From Escherichia phage vB_EcoM_G2540: 64,000 bases of DNA. Below, one piece after another: positions 1 through 9,807 of this stretch; the stretch's first letter is position 1, and the number at the start of each line of letters is the position of its first letter. Under the pieces are notes generated by a model, which did not search any database, was not told the DNA's origin, and saw only the letters and a list, made by a program, of their open reading frames with translations. The stretch lies in the sequence record MK327936.1. One strand, written 5' to 3'. The translations under genes were made by a program, and so were the position numbers.

Positions 1-417
1 AGCAATTGTATCAATCTGCAGACCGCGAGATACACGCAACAGCTGTTGAAGGTCTTCAGCTTTAATTTCGGTAACAACAGATGCTACCGGGAATGGAATT
101 GGTTTATTAGGAGCAACTACTGTACTCGGATCGGCTGCTGGCCAAAAAATTGTTGAACGGGCATCAGCAATTTTAATATTTCCATCTTCTGACTGGGAAA
201 TTTCTGCATCATCATTAACTAGAGACAGAATACCGAGAAAACCGTTCAAATCGTAAATTGCTACATCAAAATCAATAGTGTCAGAAATATTTGCTTCCGC
301 GTAAGTTGTACCATTAACTGCGCGAGTCATAATAAATTGACCGGATTTAAGCATAATACCAGAGTTAATAGTAGCGAAATTTTTGAGCAGAGCAGTAGTA
401 TCTTTAGACAGTTTCAT
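1..417 (-). CDS. 45: Sliding clamp gp45 (partial, N-terminal part; gene continues beyond window start)
   Basis: Minus-strand ATG at 417..415; translation MKLSKDTTALLKNFATINSGIMLKSGQFIM matches recalled T4 gp45 N-terminus. Confidence 0.85.
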   Translation of the reverse strand, partial: MKLSKDTTALLKNFATINSGIMLKSGQFIMTRAVNGTTYAEANISDTIDFDVAIYDLNGFLGILSLVNDDAEISQSEDGNIKIADARSTIFWPAADPSTVVAPNKPIPFPVASVVTEIKAEDLQQLLRVSRGLQIDTIA

Positions 418-472
418 GTAATTTCCTTCAATTCAAATGAGATTTAATTTTATAACTAATTTAATAAAGCAA

Positions 473-862
473 TTAACGATTAAAATCAGCCGCAATTGTT
501 TCCGCAACAATTTGAGCAGCAACAATTAGACGTTCATCTGCATTACCGCAATAATCATCTTCAAGACGTTCACCACATGAAGTCATAATAAATTTAGCAC
601 CGGCGTTTAGGGATTCTGTAGTATGTTTGCGCATTAGTTCAATCCATTTATTACTTACTTCACGATCGATAGCTTCATAATACGCATGACGAGCAGGTGC
701 AGATTTAATTTTGTTCTGAATAACTTCCATTGCGTTATCAGAAAGAGACAAAACCCATGCTCGACGAATTTTATTTTGGTTTTGTGGATTTGATTCAGAA
801 CGCACGTGTTTTGGCTGAATATCTTTTACATCAACAGTATAATTCACAGTAATTTTAGTCAT
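473..862 (-). CDS. rpbA: RNA polymerase-binding protein RpbA (by position and 129-aa length)
   Basis: ORF track 129 aa; lies between gene 45 and gene 46 as in T4. Confidence 0.55.
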
Positions 863-871
863 AATACACCT

Positions 872-1063
872 TTAGTCATAATAATCAGTAACAGTCCAAG
901 CTTCATTTCTATTGGACATTATTTTTGTATATTCTGCTTTAAATGCATTCCTAAGCATAGATTCAGTAACTATATGCTCTTCATTAGAAAAATTATTTCT
1001 CAGAATATATCGTTTTATTTCAGGAATAGTTAATAGATGCTGTCCGGTTGAATATTCTGCCAC
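872..1063 (-). CDS. Hypothetical small protein (gene 45.2 position)
   Basis: 63-aa ORF, tightly packed after rpbA. Confidence 0.4.
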   Translation of the reverse strand: MAEYSTGQHLLTIPEIKRYILRNNFSNEEHIVTESMLRNAFKAEYTKIMSNRNEAWTVTDYYD

Positions 1064-1073
1064 AGTTCCTCCG

Positions 1074-1081
1074 TATAAATA
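1074..1081 (+). promoter_or_regulatory. T4-type late promoter (TATAAATA) upstream of HNH endonuclease gene
   Basis: Exact TATAAATA 34 nt before ATG 1115. Confidence 0.55.
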
Positions 1082-1114
1082 TGTTTATCACTCGCTGTAT
1101 CAAAAGGATATGTT

Positions 1115-1831
1115 ATGAATTATAAACTAATTTATGAAAAGTTAATCTCTAATGCTAAATCTCGAAAACTTGATTGTTATACTGAATCTCATCACATTAT
1201 ACCACGCTGTTTAAATGGCAGCGATGATGCTTCAAACTTAGTAGATTTAACACCAGAAGAGCACTATGTAGCTCATCAACTTTTAGTAAAAATTTATCCT
1301 TCTGAACCAAAATTAGTCTATGCTGCTAACATGATGACAGTTTCTACGAAATACGCTAAACGCAACAATAAAACTTTCGGTTGGATTCGTCGTAAACTCT
1401 GGGAAATAGAAAAGAATAAAGAATTCTCCCAGGAGACACGAAAGAAAATGTCTGATGCAGTAGCTAATAAAGCAAGACTAACTTGTCCTCATTGCGGTAA
1501 GTCTGGATTAAGCGGGAATATGAATCGTTGGCATTTTGATAACTGCCCAAATCACCCTAATCCTAAAGTTAGACCACCAATGTCTAAAGAACACAGAAAT
1601 AATATCTCAAACGGGCTTAAAGCAATCGTTCTTGAAGAAACATCCTGCGAATTCTGCGGAATGATAGGCAAGAAATGCGTTATCGCAGCGCATAGAAATT
1701 TCTGCAAGAAAAATCCAAATGGACGCAAGAAAACTGAAAAGACTGGTACTTGCGTCCATTGTGGTAAAGTTACCACTTTCGGAAATTTATCAAGATGGCA
1801 TAATGATAACTGTAAATATAAACTTAGCTAA
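1115..1831 (+). CDS. Free-standing HNH-family homing endonuclease with repeated Cys-rich zinc-finger motifs
   Basis: 238-aa ORF on strand opposite to neighbours; ESHHIIPR...EEHYVAH HNH-like core; three CxxCG...H..NC repeats; TATAAATA late promoter 34 nt upstream. Confidence 0.7.
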   Translation: MNYKLIYEKLISNAKSRKLDCYTESHHIIPRCLNGSDDASNLVDLTPEEHYVAHQLLVKIYPSEPKLVYAANMMTVSTKYAKRNNKTFGWIRRKLWEIEKNKEFSQETRKKMSDAVANKARLTCPHCGKSGLSGNMNRWHFDNCPNHPNPKVRPPMSKEHRNNISNGLKAIVLEETSCEFCGMIGKKCVIAAHRNFCKKNPNGRKKTEKTGTCVHCGKVTTFGNLSRWHNDNCKYKLS

Positions 1832-3512
1832 TCTTAGCTAAACTAAATCTACCAACTTTTTCCATCTGAATATGCTGACCATATTCTTGTGGGTCATGGT
1901 CTTTATGTGAAATTATGAAGAAGTTGGTATCCTTCAAACCATCTAAAATTTTAGCTACATTTTTAATACCTTCAGCATCAAATGCACCGTCATACACTTC
2001 ATCAAGAAATAAACAACTTATTTTAACACCTGAAACTTTTTCAGCAATATCACGCCAAGTAAATAAAAGAGCAATATCAATTCGTGCTTTTTCACCTTGA
2101 CTGAATGAAGCATAACTAAAATCTTCACGACCACGGGATTTAATTGTCTCATTAAATTCTTCATCTAATGTAAACACATAATCCGCTTCCATTATTTTAA
2201 GATAATGGTTAATCTGCTTATTAAATAATGGAATGTACTTTTTAATAATAGCACCTTTAATACCAGAATCTTTGAGCATATCAGTCAAAATTCCTCGGTG
2301 GTATTTTTCCATTACTAAATTAGTTTTTGTCTTAACAATTTTATCAAGTTCTTCTTGAAGCAGTGCTATTTCATCAGCATGGTCAATAAACTCAGAAGAT
2401 GCTTTTTCTATAGCCGCTTTAACTTTTTTAGCTTTATCTACCGTCGTGATTAGAGATTGCTTTTTATTGCGAATATCATTTGCCAGCGACTGCTGGGTTT
2501 TAATATTATCTCGGTATTCATCAACAAGAACTTTTAAATTATCACGATGTGTTGAAAGCTGTTCAAACGAATGCGTGCATTCAGAAACTTTATCTTTAAT
2601 TTTAGAAACAACTTTATCACCGGAACTTAATTGTGACAAACAGGTTGGACATAATCCACCTTCGTGATACATATTAATGACTTTATTATATGAGTCAATT
2701 TTTGATTTAATTAAAACTGCTTCTTGACCGATTTTATTAAATGCATCAGTCGGGTCTTCATCCAAAACAATATTAACTAATCTTTCATTAGCTTCTTCTA
2801 TTTCCGATTTTAGCGTTCTAGCTTCTTTTGCCAAATCATCGTACATATTTTGCAGACGAGTAAGGTTGTCACCCGTTAATTTTTTCTGGCGTTCAACGTT
2901 ATCATTATATATTTTAATTTGTTGGATAATACTATCTTTTTTAACATCAAGCACTTGGTTCTGCGAATTTAATTCACGTATTAGTGCTTTATTAAGCTTA
3001 TCCATTTCAGCTAATGTTCCTACCTCGAGCAGGTCTTCCACAAGCTTTCTTCGCGCAGGGGTCGACAAACCCATGAAAGGGGTATACCCTGCTGTACCAA
3101 GGACAACAATCTGCTTGAAACTGGCATATGACATTCCGATAAGCTGTTCAAATTCTGCTTGGAAATCTTTACTGCTGGCAGATTCATTAAGACGTGTACC
3201 GTTAACGGTGATTTCGAAAACGTTTGGTTTTTGTCCTCTTTTGATATAGTACTTTTTCTCATCATATTCCATCCACAGTTCAACTAAAAGTTCTTTCTTA
3301 TTTGTGCTGTTTATTAATTGACCTTTCTTTACATCACGGAATGGCTTGCCAAAAAGCCCAAATGTGATGGCTTCTAACATAGTAGACTTACCACCGCCAT
3401 TTCGTCCAGTAATAAGAGTTTTTTGAACCTTATCTAATTGAATGTCAATAGGATTTCCACCTACTGACATTATATTTTGATACCTAACTCGGTTTAGTTT
3501 AAAATTCTTCAC
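1824..3512 (-). CDS. 46: Recombination endonuclease subunit gp46 (Rad50/SbcC-like ATPase)
   Basis: 562 aa; Walker A GRNGGGKST near N-terminus; long coiled-coil middle; size and position match T4 gp46. Confidence 0.9.
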   Translation of the reverse strand: MKNFKLNRVRYQNIMSVGGNPIDIQLDKVQKTLITGRNGGGKSTMLEAITFGLFGKPFRDVKKGQLINSTNKKELLVELWMEYDEKKYYIKRGQKPNVFEITVNGTRLNESASSKDFQAEFEQLIGMSYASFKQIVVLGTAGYTPFMGLSTPARRKLVEDLLEVGTLAEMDKLNKALIRELNSQNQVLDVKKDSIIQQIKIYNDNVERQKKLTGDNLTRLQNMYDDLAKEARTLKSEIEEANERLVNIVLDEDPTDAFNKIGQEAVLIKSKIDSYNKVINMYHEGGLCPTCLSQLSSGDKVVSKIKDKVSECTHSFEQLSTHRDNLKVLVDEYRDNIKTQQSLANDIRNKKQSLITTVDKAKKVKAAIEKASSEFIDHADEIALLQEELDKIVKTKTNLVMEKYHRGILTDMLKDSGIKGAIIKKYIPLFNKQINHYLKIMEADYVFTLDEEFNETIKSRGREDFSYASFSQGEKARIDIALLFTWRDIAEKVSGVKISCLFLDEVYDGAFDAEGIKNVAKILDGLKDTNFFIISHKDHDPQEYGQHIQMEKVGRFSLAKIS

Positions 3513-3772
3513 AAAAGATTCCTTTTAATGTATCTTTTAGACCATTCTATCATATCATCATAATCTAAAAAGTATTCATCAAATTCAGCCATGCAAACAA
3601 CACCTTGTGCTGCTTTTGATGTGATATAAATTATTCCAACATATCTAGAATCTTCTTCGGTATAATCAATATTTGCTATGAATTCATCATTAATGTCAAA
3701 TGTCGAAAACTTCACAGTATGCATCCTTAATACAAGATACAGCCATATCTTGTAATGATTTAGGTGTGTCAT
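3509..3772 (-). CDS. Hypothetical protein (46.1 position; true start may be internal)
   Basis: ORF track; overlaps upstream ORF by 77 nt so annotated start is uncertain. Confidence 0.35.
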   Translation of the reverse strand: MTHLNHYKIWLYLVLRMHTVKFSTFDINDEFIANIDYTEEDSRYVGIIYITSKAAQGVVCMAEFDEYFLDYDDMIEWSKRYIKRNLL

Positions 3773-3959
3773 TATCTAAAATGTTGAAGTTAAAAGATAC
3801 AGCCCAGTCAGTGCAGACCGTAACCTTTTTAATACAATTATCTTCAACCTCTAACGGTTCAAACCAATATTCAATAATTTCTTTATGACCAATATCATCT
3901 TTTACTTCGCATTCAAAATGCTGACTCATCATAACATTTTTAAATTCATCAAAAGTCAT
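3696..3959 (-). CDS. Hypothetical protein (46.2 position)
   Basis: 87-aa ORF between genes 47 and 46. Confidence 0.4.
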   Translation of the reverse strand: MTFDEFKNVMMSQHFECEVKDDIGHKEIIEYWFEPLEVEDNCIKKVTVCTDWAVSFNFNILDNDTPKSLQDMAVSCIKDAYCEVFDI

Positions 3960-4975
3960 TGTGTTGCCTCTACATATAACTGATTTGCATATTGAATAAG
4001 TGCTTCACGGTCAGAATCAGTGATGTCTGGAATTGCATTAATGTATTCTTCCATCAACGTCTGAAGAGATTGAACTTCAACTTCTTCACTTTCATCTGAC
4101 TCGACAGAGTTATCAATCTTTGACACAACTCGTAATGAATGCACAACTTTTTCTAGTTCAGATTCGAACTTCGTTAGATTTTTGTCTACTTCAGTTACTA
4201 TAACACGTACTGATAGATTTGTAAAATCTTTATAGTCAATTTTTCCTTTAAATGGATAATGAATTCTGCGATGCCAAGTAGTGTTGTTTGGAATAAATTC
4301 CATTCGTTCTGTTTCTGTATCAAACATCCAGAACCCGCGAGGGTCATTCTCGTCACCTGCAGTTAGTGTCCATGGTGTCCCAATATATCTGACATTTGCA
4401 GCCTCAGAGATAGTATGGAAGTGACCAGACCACACTTCTTTATAAGTCTTAAGGAAATCAGGTTCAAGACCGTGAGATTTCATTCCTTTATAAAAATAAA
4501 ATCCATTCAGTTCCCAGTGACCAACACAAAAAGAAGCAGATGAAGTTTTGATGTGTTCAAGAATTTCACCAGTATTTTCTTCGCACATCCAAGGAATCAA
4601 ATCAATCAAACATCCGTCAAAATCTACTGTAGTAGGCTTATCATATACTTTAACATTAGGATATTTAGCCAAAAGCTCAGTAGAGGCATTTGGATGCATT
4701 ACATTTTTGTAGTGGAGATCGTGATTTCCTACAATAGTATGTAATGTGATTCCAGCGTCATCAAGCATTTGAACTATTTCACGGGCAAACTCCATAGTTT
4801 TATGCGTGATTGCTTTTCGCACATCAAAAATATCACCATATTGAATCCATACAGTAATTCCATTTTTCTTAGAATATTCTATCGCTTGCTTAATTCCATC
4901 AATTTGAATACCGCGAATCCACTCATCATCAGCTTTAACGCCTAAATGCCAATCACCCAAGTTTAGTATTTTCAT
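3956..4975 (-). CDS. 47: Recombination nuclease subunit gp47 (Mre11/SbcD-like phosphoesterase)
   Basis: 339 aa; calcineurin-like motifs GDWHLG, GDIFD, GNHD; size matches T4 gp47. Confidence 0.9.
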   Translation of the reverse strand: MKILNLGDWHLGVKADDEWIRGIQIDGIKQAIEYSKKNGITVWIQYGDIFDVRKAITHKTMEFAREIVQMLDDAGITLHTIVGNHDLHYKNVMHPNASTELLAKYPNVKVYDKPTTVDFDGCLIDLIPWMCEENTGEILEHIKTSSASFCVGHWELNGFYFYKGMKSHGLEPDFLKTYKEVWSGHFHTISEAANVRYIGTPWTLTAGDENDPRGFWMFDTETERMEFIPNNTTWHRRIHYPFKGKIDYKDFTNLSVRVIVTEVDKNLTKFESELEKVVHSLRVVSKIDNSVESDESEEVEVQSLQTLMEEYINAIPDITDSDREALIQYANQLYVEATQ

Positions 4976-5576
4976 GGTGTCTTTTCCATCCTAATTTAGC
5001 TGCTTTTGAAACCAGTTCTTTAATTTTTCCTTTTGTCCATTCAGGACCAGGAGGTTCATGACATAACATTTGCTTAACTCCGTTATTATACCATTTTTTA
5101 CCTTTATTATGTGATGAAGCTTTAAATTTATTTGACCTTCCTTTTACATAACCTTCTGGAATATAAGGCAAAAAGGCAGATTTTCCTGTTAATGGATCAT
5201 GTGAATGTATATTTCCTTTACAATTATGAGAACCATATAATGGATGATTTTGTCCTTTATTATCTCTTCCAAATGAACCTTTTGGAGCAGCATATGACAT
5301 ATTAAAGAATAATGGATTTTTAACTGCATCATGCAATCGTTGATAATATAACTCGCATTTAATAGCTTCTTCACGCGTATCAAATTCAGCTAAAATGCAT
5401 GAATCAAATAAGTGAGGATTATCTGAAAGCTCTTTATTATAAATTTTCTTATACTTTTTAGATAAAACTGAACCATGATATCCAGCTAAATGCCTATCTA
5501 AAGACGTAGATCCAATATAAAAAGGAGGAAGTTTATCTCCACTATATATTGTTAAATAAGTTATATATTTTTTCAT
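4953..5576 (-). CDS. GIY-YIG (Seg-like) homing endonuclease candidate with NUMOD-like C-terminal motif
   Basis: N-terminal YITYLTIYSGDKLPPFYIGST resembles GIY-(10 aa)-YIG; C-terminal GPEWTKGKIKEL resembles NUMOD3; basic C-terminus. Confidence 0.5.
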   Translation of the reverse strand: MKKYITYLTIYSGDKLPPFYIGSTSLDRHLAGYHGSVLSKKYKKIYNKELSDNPHLFDSCILAEFDTREEAIKCELYYQRLHDAVKNPLFFNMSYAAPKGSFGRDNKGQNHPLYGSHNCKGNIHSHDPLTGKSAFLPYIPEGYVKGRSNKFKASSHNKGKKWYNNGVKQMLCHEPPGPEWTKGKIKELVSKAAKLGWKRHHENTKLG

Positions 5577-5737
5577 ATATCAAGAACCGTCATTGAAATG
5601 CAAAATAAAATTATTGAAATAAACCCATCTGGTGTGCTAAAGAACCCAATCCAACATGCTTTAGTGAATAGATAAAATGCAAGAAAAAGTATCACATATC
5701 CAAGAAATATCATTATATCAAACTCCGTATAAAGCTA

Positions 5738-5755
5738 AAGGGCCGAAGCCCTTTA
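5738..5755 (-). terminator. Hairpin at end of a-gt (AAAGGGC-CGAA-GCCCTTT)
   Basis: Perfect 7-bp stem with tetraloop overlapping the a-gt stop; T-rich on both sides. Confidence 0.4.
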
Positions 5756-6955
5756 TTTTGTAATAATGTCAAACTGTTCTTTAAAGCAGAAGCTTGAATC
5801 TTGATGCTGATACAAAAATTCATATGCTTTTTCACGCTCACGGTCATAAAGAGCTCGGTCAGATGACAGTTCTTTAATACGTTCAAATGTTGATTCCATA
5901 TCATTTTCATCAAACCAAATGATACCGCTATCATGCGAGGTCAAAGGAGTATTATCAACACGGAATTTTAAATTTTCGCCAGTAGATTTCCAAAATACCG
6001 GAATTGTTCCACATGCACCAAGCTCGAGATGAGTATATTCTAAAGAGCGCTGTAGATATTTTTTATCCAACTTACTCAACTGATAACCAAATCCGGATTT
6101 ACTCATACGTTCAAGCATTTCGCTATTTACATAACGATCGAGAATTTGCGTTGGTAAATTAGGAGCAATTTTAATTTGGTCTACTTGATGAAGACGATAA
6201 TACTCGTATGGAATTCCTTTTTCTTTAATAGGAATGAACGCTGGAGAACGTTCCAGACCTTCCATAATAGTACTTAGTCCTGCAGGTTTAAGATGTTTTT
6301 CGTGAAAATCAAACATCTGATAAAAACCTTTCCATGTAGTCGTACGACCAATCCAACGGTTGACATTCATGTTAATTTCAGAAACATCTTTCCAGTAGGT
6401 TGACCGAACCTTCGCAATATCCATAGGAGGCTGAAAGTTATATACGGTCGGCGCTTCTTCAATATCATCAAACAGAGAAACAGTTTCTGGATACCATTCT
6501 TTCATCAGAACTTTATTAAAATCACCATTATCAGAATGGCTAAAAATAACATCAGCTCGACGAACAGTTTCTTCTAATCCCAAATTTCGACGCAAAGAAA
6601 GAGAAGAATGGTCATGTTGATAAACTACAACACGAACCGAAGGTTTAATGTTATCAATAATTTTTTTATAGTTATTAATAGTGTCTTCTTCAACTGAAGT
6701 AGCAGGAACTGAATTGATAATTAGAATATCACAATCATTTACCAGCTTAAGTGTTTTATCGTATTCTTTTGCCAATAAAACCGGAATTGAAAATGATTTA
6801 TAATCATGCGCACAGTTACGAGTAAATGATTTATCTTTGGCATAAACCAAAGTTACTTCATGACCATTTTTAATAAACCAATCACGTTGCTCGAGTGAGA
6901 ATTTTGTTACACCACAACCTTCAAGACCTCGAGCCATAAAAATACATACTTTCAT
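5753..6955 (-). CDS. a-gt: DNA alpha-glucosyltransferase
   Basis: 400 aa; N-terminus KVCIFMARGLEGCGVTKFSLEQRDWFIKNGHEVTLVYAKDKSF matches recalled T4 a-gt. Confidence 0.85.
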   Translation of the reverse strand: MKVCIFMARGLEGCGVTKFSLEQRDWFIKNGHEVTLVYAKDKSFTRNCAHDYKSFSIPVLLAKEYDKTLKLVNDCDILIINSVPATSVEEDTINNYKKIIDNIKPSVRVVVYQHDHSSLSLRRNLGLEETVRRADVIFSHSDNGDFNKVLMKEWYPETVSLFDDIEEAPTVYNFQPPMDIAKVRSTYWKDVSEINMNVNRWIGRTTTWKGFYQMFDFHEKHLKPAGLSTIMEGLERSPAFIPIKEKGIPYEYYRLHQVDQIKIAPNLPTQILDRYVNSEMLERMSKSGFGYQLSKLDKKYLQRSLEYTHLELGACGTIPVFWKSTGENLKFRVDNTPLTSHDSGIIWFDENDMESTFERIKELSSDRALYDREREKAYEFLYQHQDSSFCFKEQFDIITK

Positions 6956-7007
6956 TTAATATCCTCTTTGTTTTGGTTTATTTTACCAAAAATTTATAAA
7001 GCAATAT

Positions 7008-7025
7008 AGGAGCCGAAGCTCCTAT
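7008..7025 (-). terminator. Putative hairpin terminator (AGGAGC-CGAA-GCTCCT)
   Basis: Perfect stem with tetraloop; interrupted T-run. Confidence 0.35.
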
Positions 7026-7198
7026 CCGCATAATACGCCATACAAAGGCTCATTAGAACTTCTAAATTTTATGCGCTTATATGTTATAGTTCCTTCTGCT
7101 TTAGCTTTATCATAAGACTCTTTAAAGCGTCTCATCATTTCCTCTTTAGAGGAACGAATTTTATTATAATCTATTTCAGAAGTCTGGATGTTCATCTT

Positions 7199-7405
7199 TC
7201 ATAACTGCCACCATTTTTTGACTTGATAAGAATCAACCCACACTTTCATATTAGGGTCTGCTCTTACAATAGGAGGATTAACTTCTTTAATTGAACTATC
7301 ATGGTATTCTTTTTCAGAAATTTTCACACAAAGATGACCATTCAAAGATTCAGTAAATCCTGCATTAATTTTAAGACGCTTGAATTTTACGTGTGTAAGC
7401 ATCAA
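7199..7405 (-). CDS. Hypothetical small protein
   Basis: ORF track only. Confidence 0.3.
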   Translation of the reverse strand: MMLTHVKFKRLKINAGFTESLNGHLCVKISEKEYHDSSIKEVNPPIVRADPNMKVWVDSYQVKKWWQL

Positions 7406-7688
7406 TCATATCCTCAATTTGCGATCTAGTAGTCTTCCAAAGAATACTGATGAGTTCATCGTTATATGGCTGTTTTAGAATATCCCGACTTTTCTTGATA
7501 GCATATTCGTATTGAGCAAAATTATTATTTTCAGCCGCAATCTGAGCATACTTATAAAGACGATTCAGTTCGCGTTTGTTTTTAGACAATAACTTATTTG
7601 CTTTTCTTTCTGCTTCAAGACGGTTCTTTTCTTCAATAGAAGAAATAAGCTTTTCCACTTCATCATTAATTTCGGGTTTATCAGTCAT
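7371..7688 (-). CDS. Hypothetical protein
   Basis: 105-aa ORF, charged and helical. Confidence 0.35.
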   Translation of the reverse strand: MTDKPEINDEVEKLISSIEEKNRLEAERKANKLLSKNKRELNRLYKYAQIAAENNNFAQYEYAIKKSRDILKQPYNDELISILWKTTRSQIEDMIDAYTRKIQAS

Positions 7689-7689
7689 A

Positions 7690-7908
7690 TTATTTCTCTA
7701 ATATAAAATAAAAATCATCATCTGTTAAATGATACCTGTAATTTAATTCTACACCATTAGATTTAAAAGCGGTATCATACGGATTTTCTGGATCAATATC
7801 AATGTCAAGAGCTAAAACTTCCCTGAGATACATTTTAAGTAAATAGGGAATAGCTTCAACTTCAGGTATTTCTTCCAAGAATCCGGAGAGGTTAATCGTT
7901 AGCCTCAT
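7690..7908 (-). CDS. Hypothetical small protein
   Basis: 72-aa ORF immediately downstream of gene 55. Confidence 0.35.
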
Positions 7909-8455
7909 ATAAAAAATCCAAACTAGGAGAATCGTCTACAACACTTTTCTTTTCAGCCCCCGGTGTTCTATAGGTTGATTCTTCGTAATGCGTCATTTTA
8001 TCGTAGATGTCTTGAATAAAAGTTTCATCTACTAACGCAACCATATCGTCGTCACGGCTGTCATAGACATTGTGAACGAAGTAACTATATTTCTTTGCAA
8101 CTTCCTTACGTTCTTTTTTAATACGTTGGACGAATGCATTAAAACAAGCTTGAGTTATATACGCATGTGGGTTTTTATATTTCGTTTCATCAAAATTATG
8201 AAGCCCCTTAATAGAAGCTTCTATACCATCTGCAATCATTTCTTGTTTCCAAGACTGGGTGTATCCTGAAAAGTTGAAACGTTTAGATAAGCCTTCTGCA
8301 ATAAGCATAATGGCTAATCCGATAGTATCATTTTGACGAACTACTTTATTTGGGTCTTTATTATTTGCTAATTCTGTTTTCCAATCAATAATAGCTTGTA
8401 AAAGCTCTTTATTGTTTACGTAATTATATTTAGGCTTAGTTTCTGACATTTTCAC
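7892..8455 (-). CDS. 55: Late-transcription sigma factor gp55
   Basis: 187 aa; size and position match T4 gp55. Confidence 0.8.
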
Positions 8456-8527
8456 CTCTTAGCTCAATTCATAGATCTATTATATCATAATATTTGAAGA
8501 TCTATCTTAAAGCATAGAGGATATCAG

Positions 8528-8734
8528 TTATCTAAGTAAGCAGTATGCTTGGAACACTTTCTCCATCATCTTTTTAAATTCATGAATATCTATATAATGA
8601 CTAGTTAAATCAGCATGATATAAAAAGTCTAAAAACTTTTCATGTGTGCTAACATATTCACTTTCATTTAATTCAGAAACATGACTTTCCCAATATCCAA
8701 CACCAGTCTTATTTGGGAAAAATGAAATTTTCAT
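8528..8734 (-). CDS. Hypothetical small protein
   Basis: ORF track. Confidence 0.3.
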   Translation of the reverse strand: MKISFFPNKTGVGYWESHVSELNESEYVSTHEKFLDFLYHADLTSHYIDIHEFKKMMEKVFQAYCLLR

Positions 8735-8793
8735 GCATTAATCAACATAGAAAATGCCATAATTTTCAATAGTAATAGAAATATTAATAAATT

Positions 8794-9015
8794 TCATACA
8801 TTCATCAACTTAGCCGCTTCAAGAGCTGCATCTAGTGAATCAAATTGGTCAACATATTCAATCAATTCGCCATAATTGGCATATAACCACCATTGGCTAA
8901 ATTCATACTCAAGGATGAATCCGTTTCCTTCAATTTGAGTTAAACCAATGCCATTTGTATTTACTTCATATCCAGCAAGACGCAAATCGTTAATAAGAGC
9001 TTCGTTCATATTCAT
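8794..9015 (-). CDS. Hypothetical small protein
   Basis: ORF track; 4-nt overlap with the downstream ORF. Confidence 0.35.
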   Translation of the reverse strand: MNMNEALINDLRLAGYEVNTNGIGLTQIEGNGFILEYEFSQWWLYANYGELIEYVDQFDSLDAALEAAKLMNV

Positions 9016-9338
9016 ACCTTAGCAATTTTCAGGTCAGCAAATTTTTTCTTGCGTTGATTTTTCATACGACGAATAGTTTTATCGGAAATTTCATGCTTTT
9101 GATAAGCTTTAGATTCTACGCCAAAAGCTTTAACATCAAATTCCGACAAGATATATTGAACCAGCAATTCACGGACAGTATTACGTCCAATTTTCTGATC
9201 ATTCTGTTTCATCGTCTGATGAAGCTCTTTTTCCCATTTATCCAAAATTTGAGGAGTTACAATATCGCCTTTTTCTAGCAAAGAAACTACTTTATCATAT
9301 GCGTAAGAATTGATGGCGTTTTTAATTTGAATAGTCAT
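9012..9338 (-). CDS. Hypothetical protein
   Basis: 108-aa ORF. Confidence 0.4.
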   Translation of the reverse strand: MTIQIKNAINSYAYDKVVSLLEKGDIVTPQILDKWEKELHQTMKQNDQKIGRNTVRELLVQYILSEFDVKAFGVESKAYQKHEISDKTIRRMKNQRKKKFADLKIAKV

Positions 9339-9369
9339 ACATTATCCTCAATTGCGTTAAAATTTTATT

Positions 9370-9392
9370 ATCCAAAAAGGGCCGAAGCCCTT
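9370..9392 (-). terminator. Rho-independent terminator
   Basis: Minus strand AAGGGC-TTCG-GCCCTT followed by TTTTTGG. Confidence 0.6.
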
Positions 9393-9591
9393 AGCTAAAC
9401 TTTTTGGCACCCTTCCAGCCTTCATACATCATTGCGGCTGATATTAATATTGCTCCTGAGCAACTTGAATATTTGTGATTCCAAAACCAGTTTAGAAAAA
9501 CTTCGTCATCAATACCTTGTGCTATCATATTTTCAAAGAACTGACGACGAGCTTCGGCAATTCGCTGCGATAATTTAGATTCAGGATTCAT
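9391..9591 (-). CDS. Hypothetical small protein
   Basis: ORF track; terminator hairpin just downstream. Confidence 0.35.
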   Translation of the reverse strand: MNPESKLSQRIAEARRQFFENMIAQGIDDEVFLNWFWNHKYSSCSGAILISAAMMYEGWKGAKKFS

Positions 9592-9807
9592 TTAAATTTT
9601 CCAATTACCGTTTTCATCAATGAATTTAATCCAGTCATTTACTGACCACTTAGTTGTATCGCCTTTTGGAGTAACATTTAAAGTATATAGCCCTTGCTTA
9701 AAAAGCATTCGTTTGATATTCATAATTTCCTCAGCTGTAACGATAGCACTCGTTTGATTTACGTTTAGCAACTCGTTGAGAAGTATTATAATCAAAATCA
9801 TCGTCAA
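9592..9807 (-). CDS. Hypothetical small protein
   Basis: ORF track. Confidence 0.3.
   Translation of the reverse strand: MTMILIIILLNELLNVNQTSAIVTAEEIMNIKRMLFKQGLYTLNVTPKGDTTKWSVNDWIKFIDENGNWKI

Noticed and set aside
2866-3249. Plus-strand ORFs nested antisense within minus-strand genes (for example 2866..3249 in gene 46, 18463..18807, 44561..44770 antisense in gene 5)
   Set aside because: They lie wholly inside well-supported genes on the other strand, lack ribosome-binding sites, and have low-complexity composition typical of antisense frames in AT-rich DNA.
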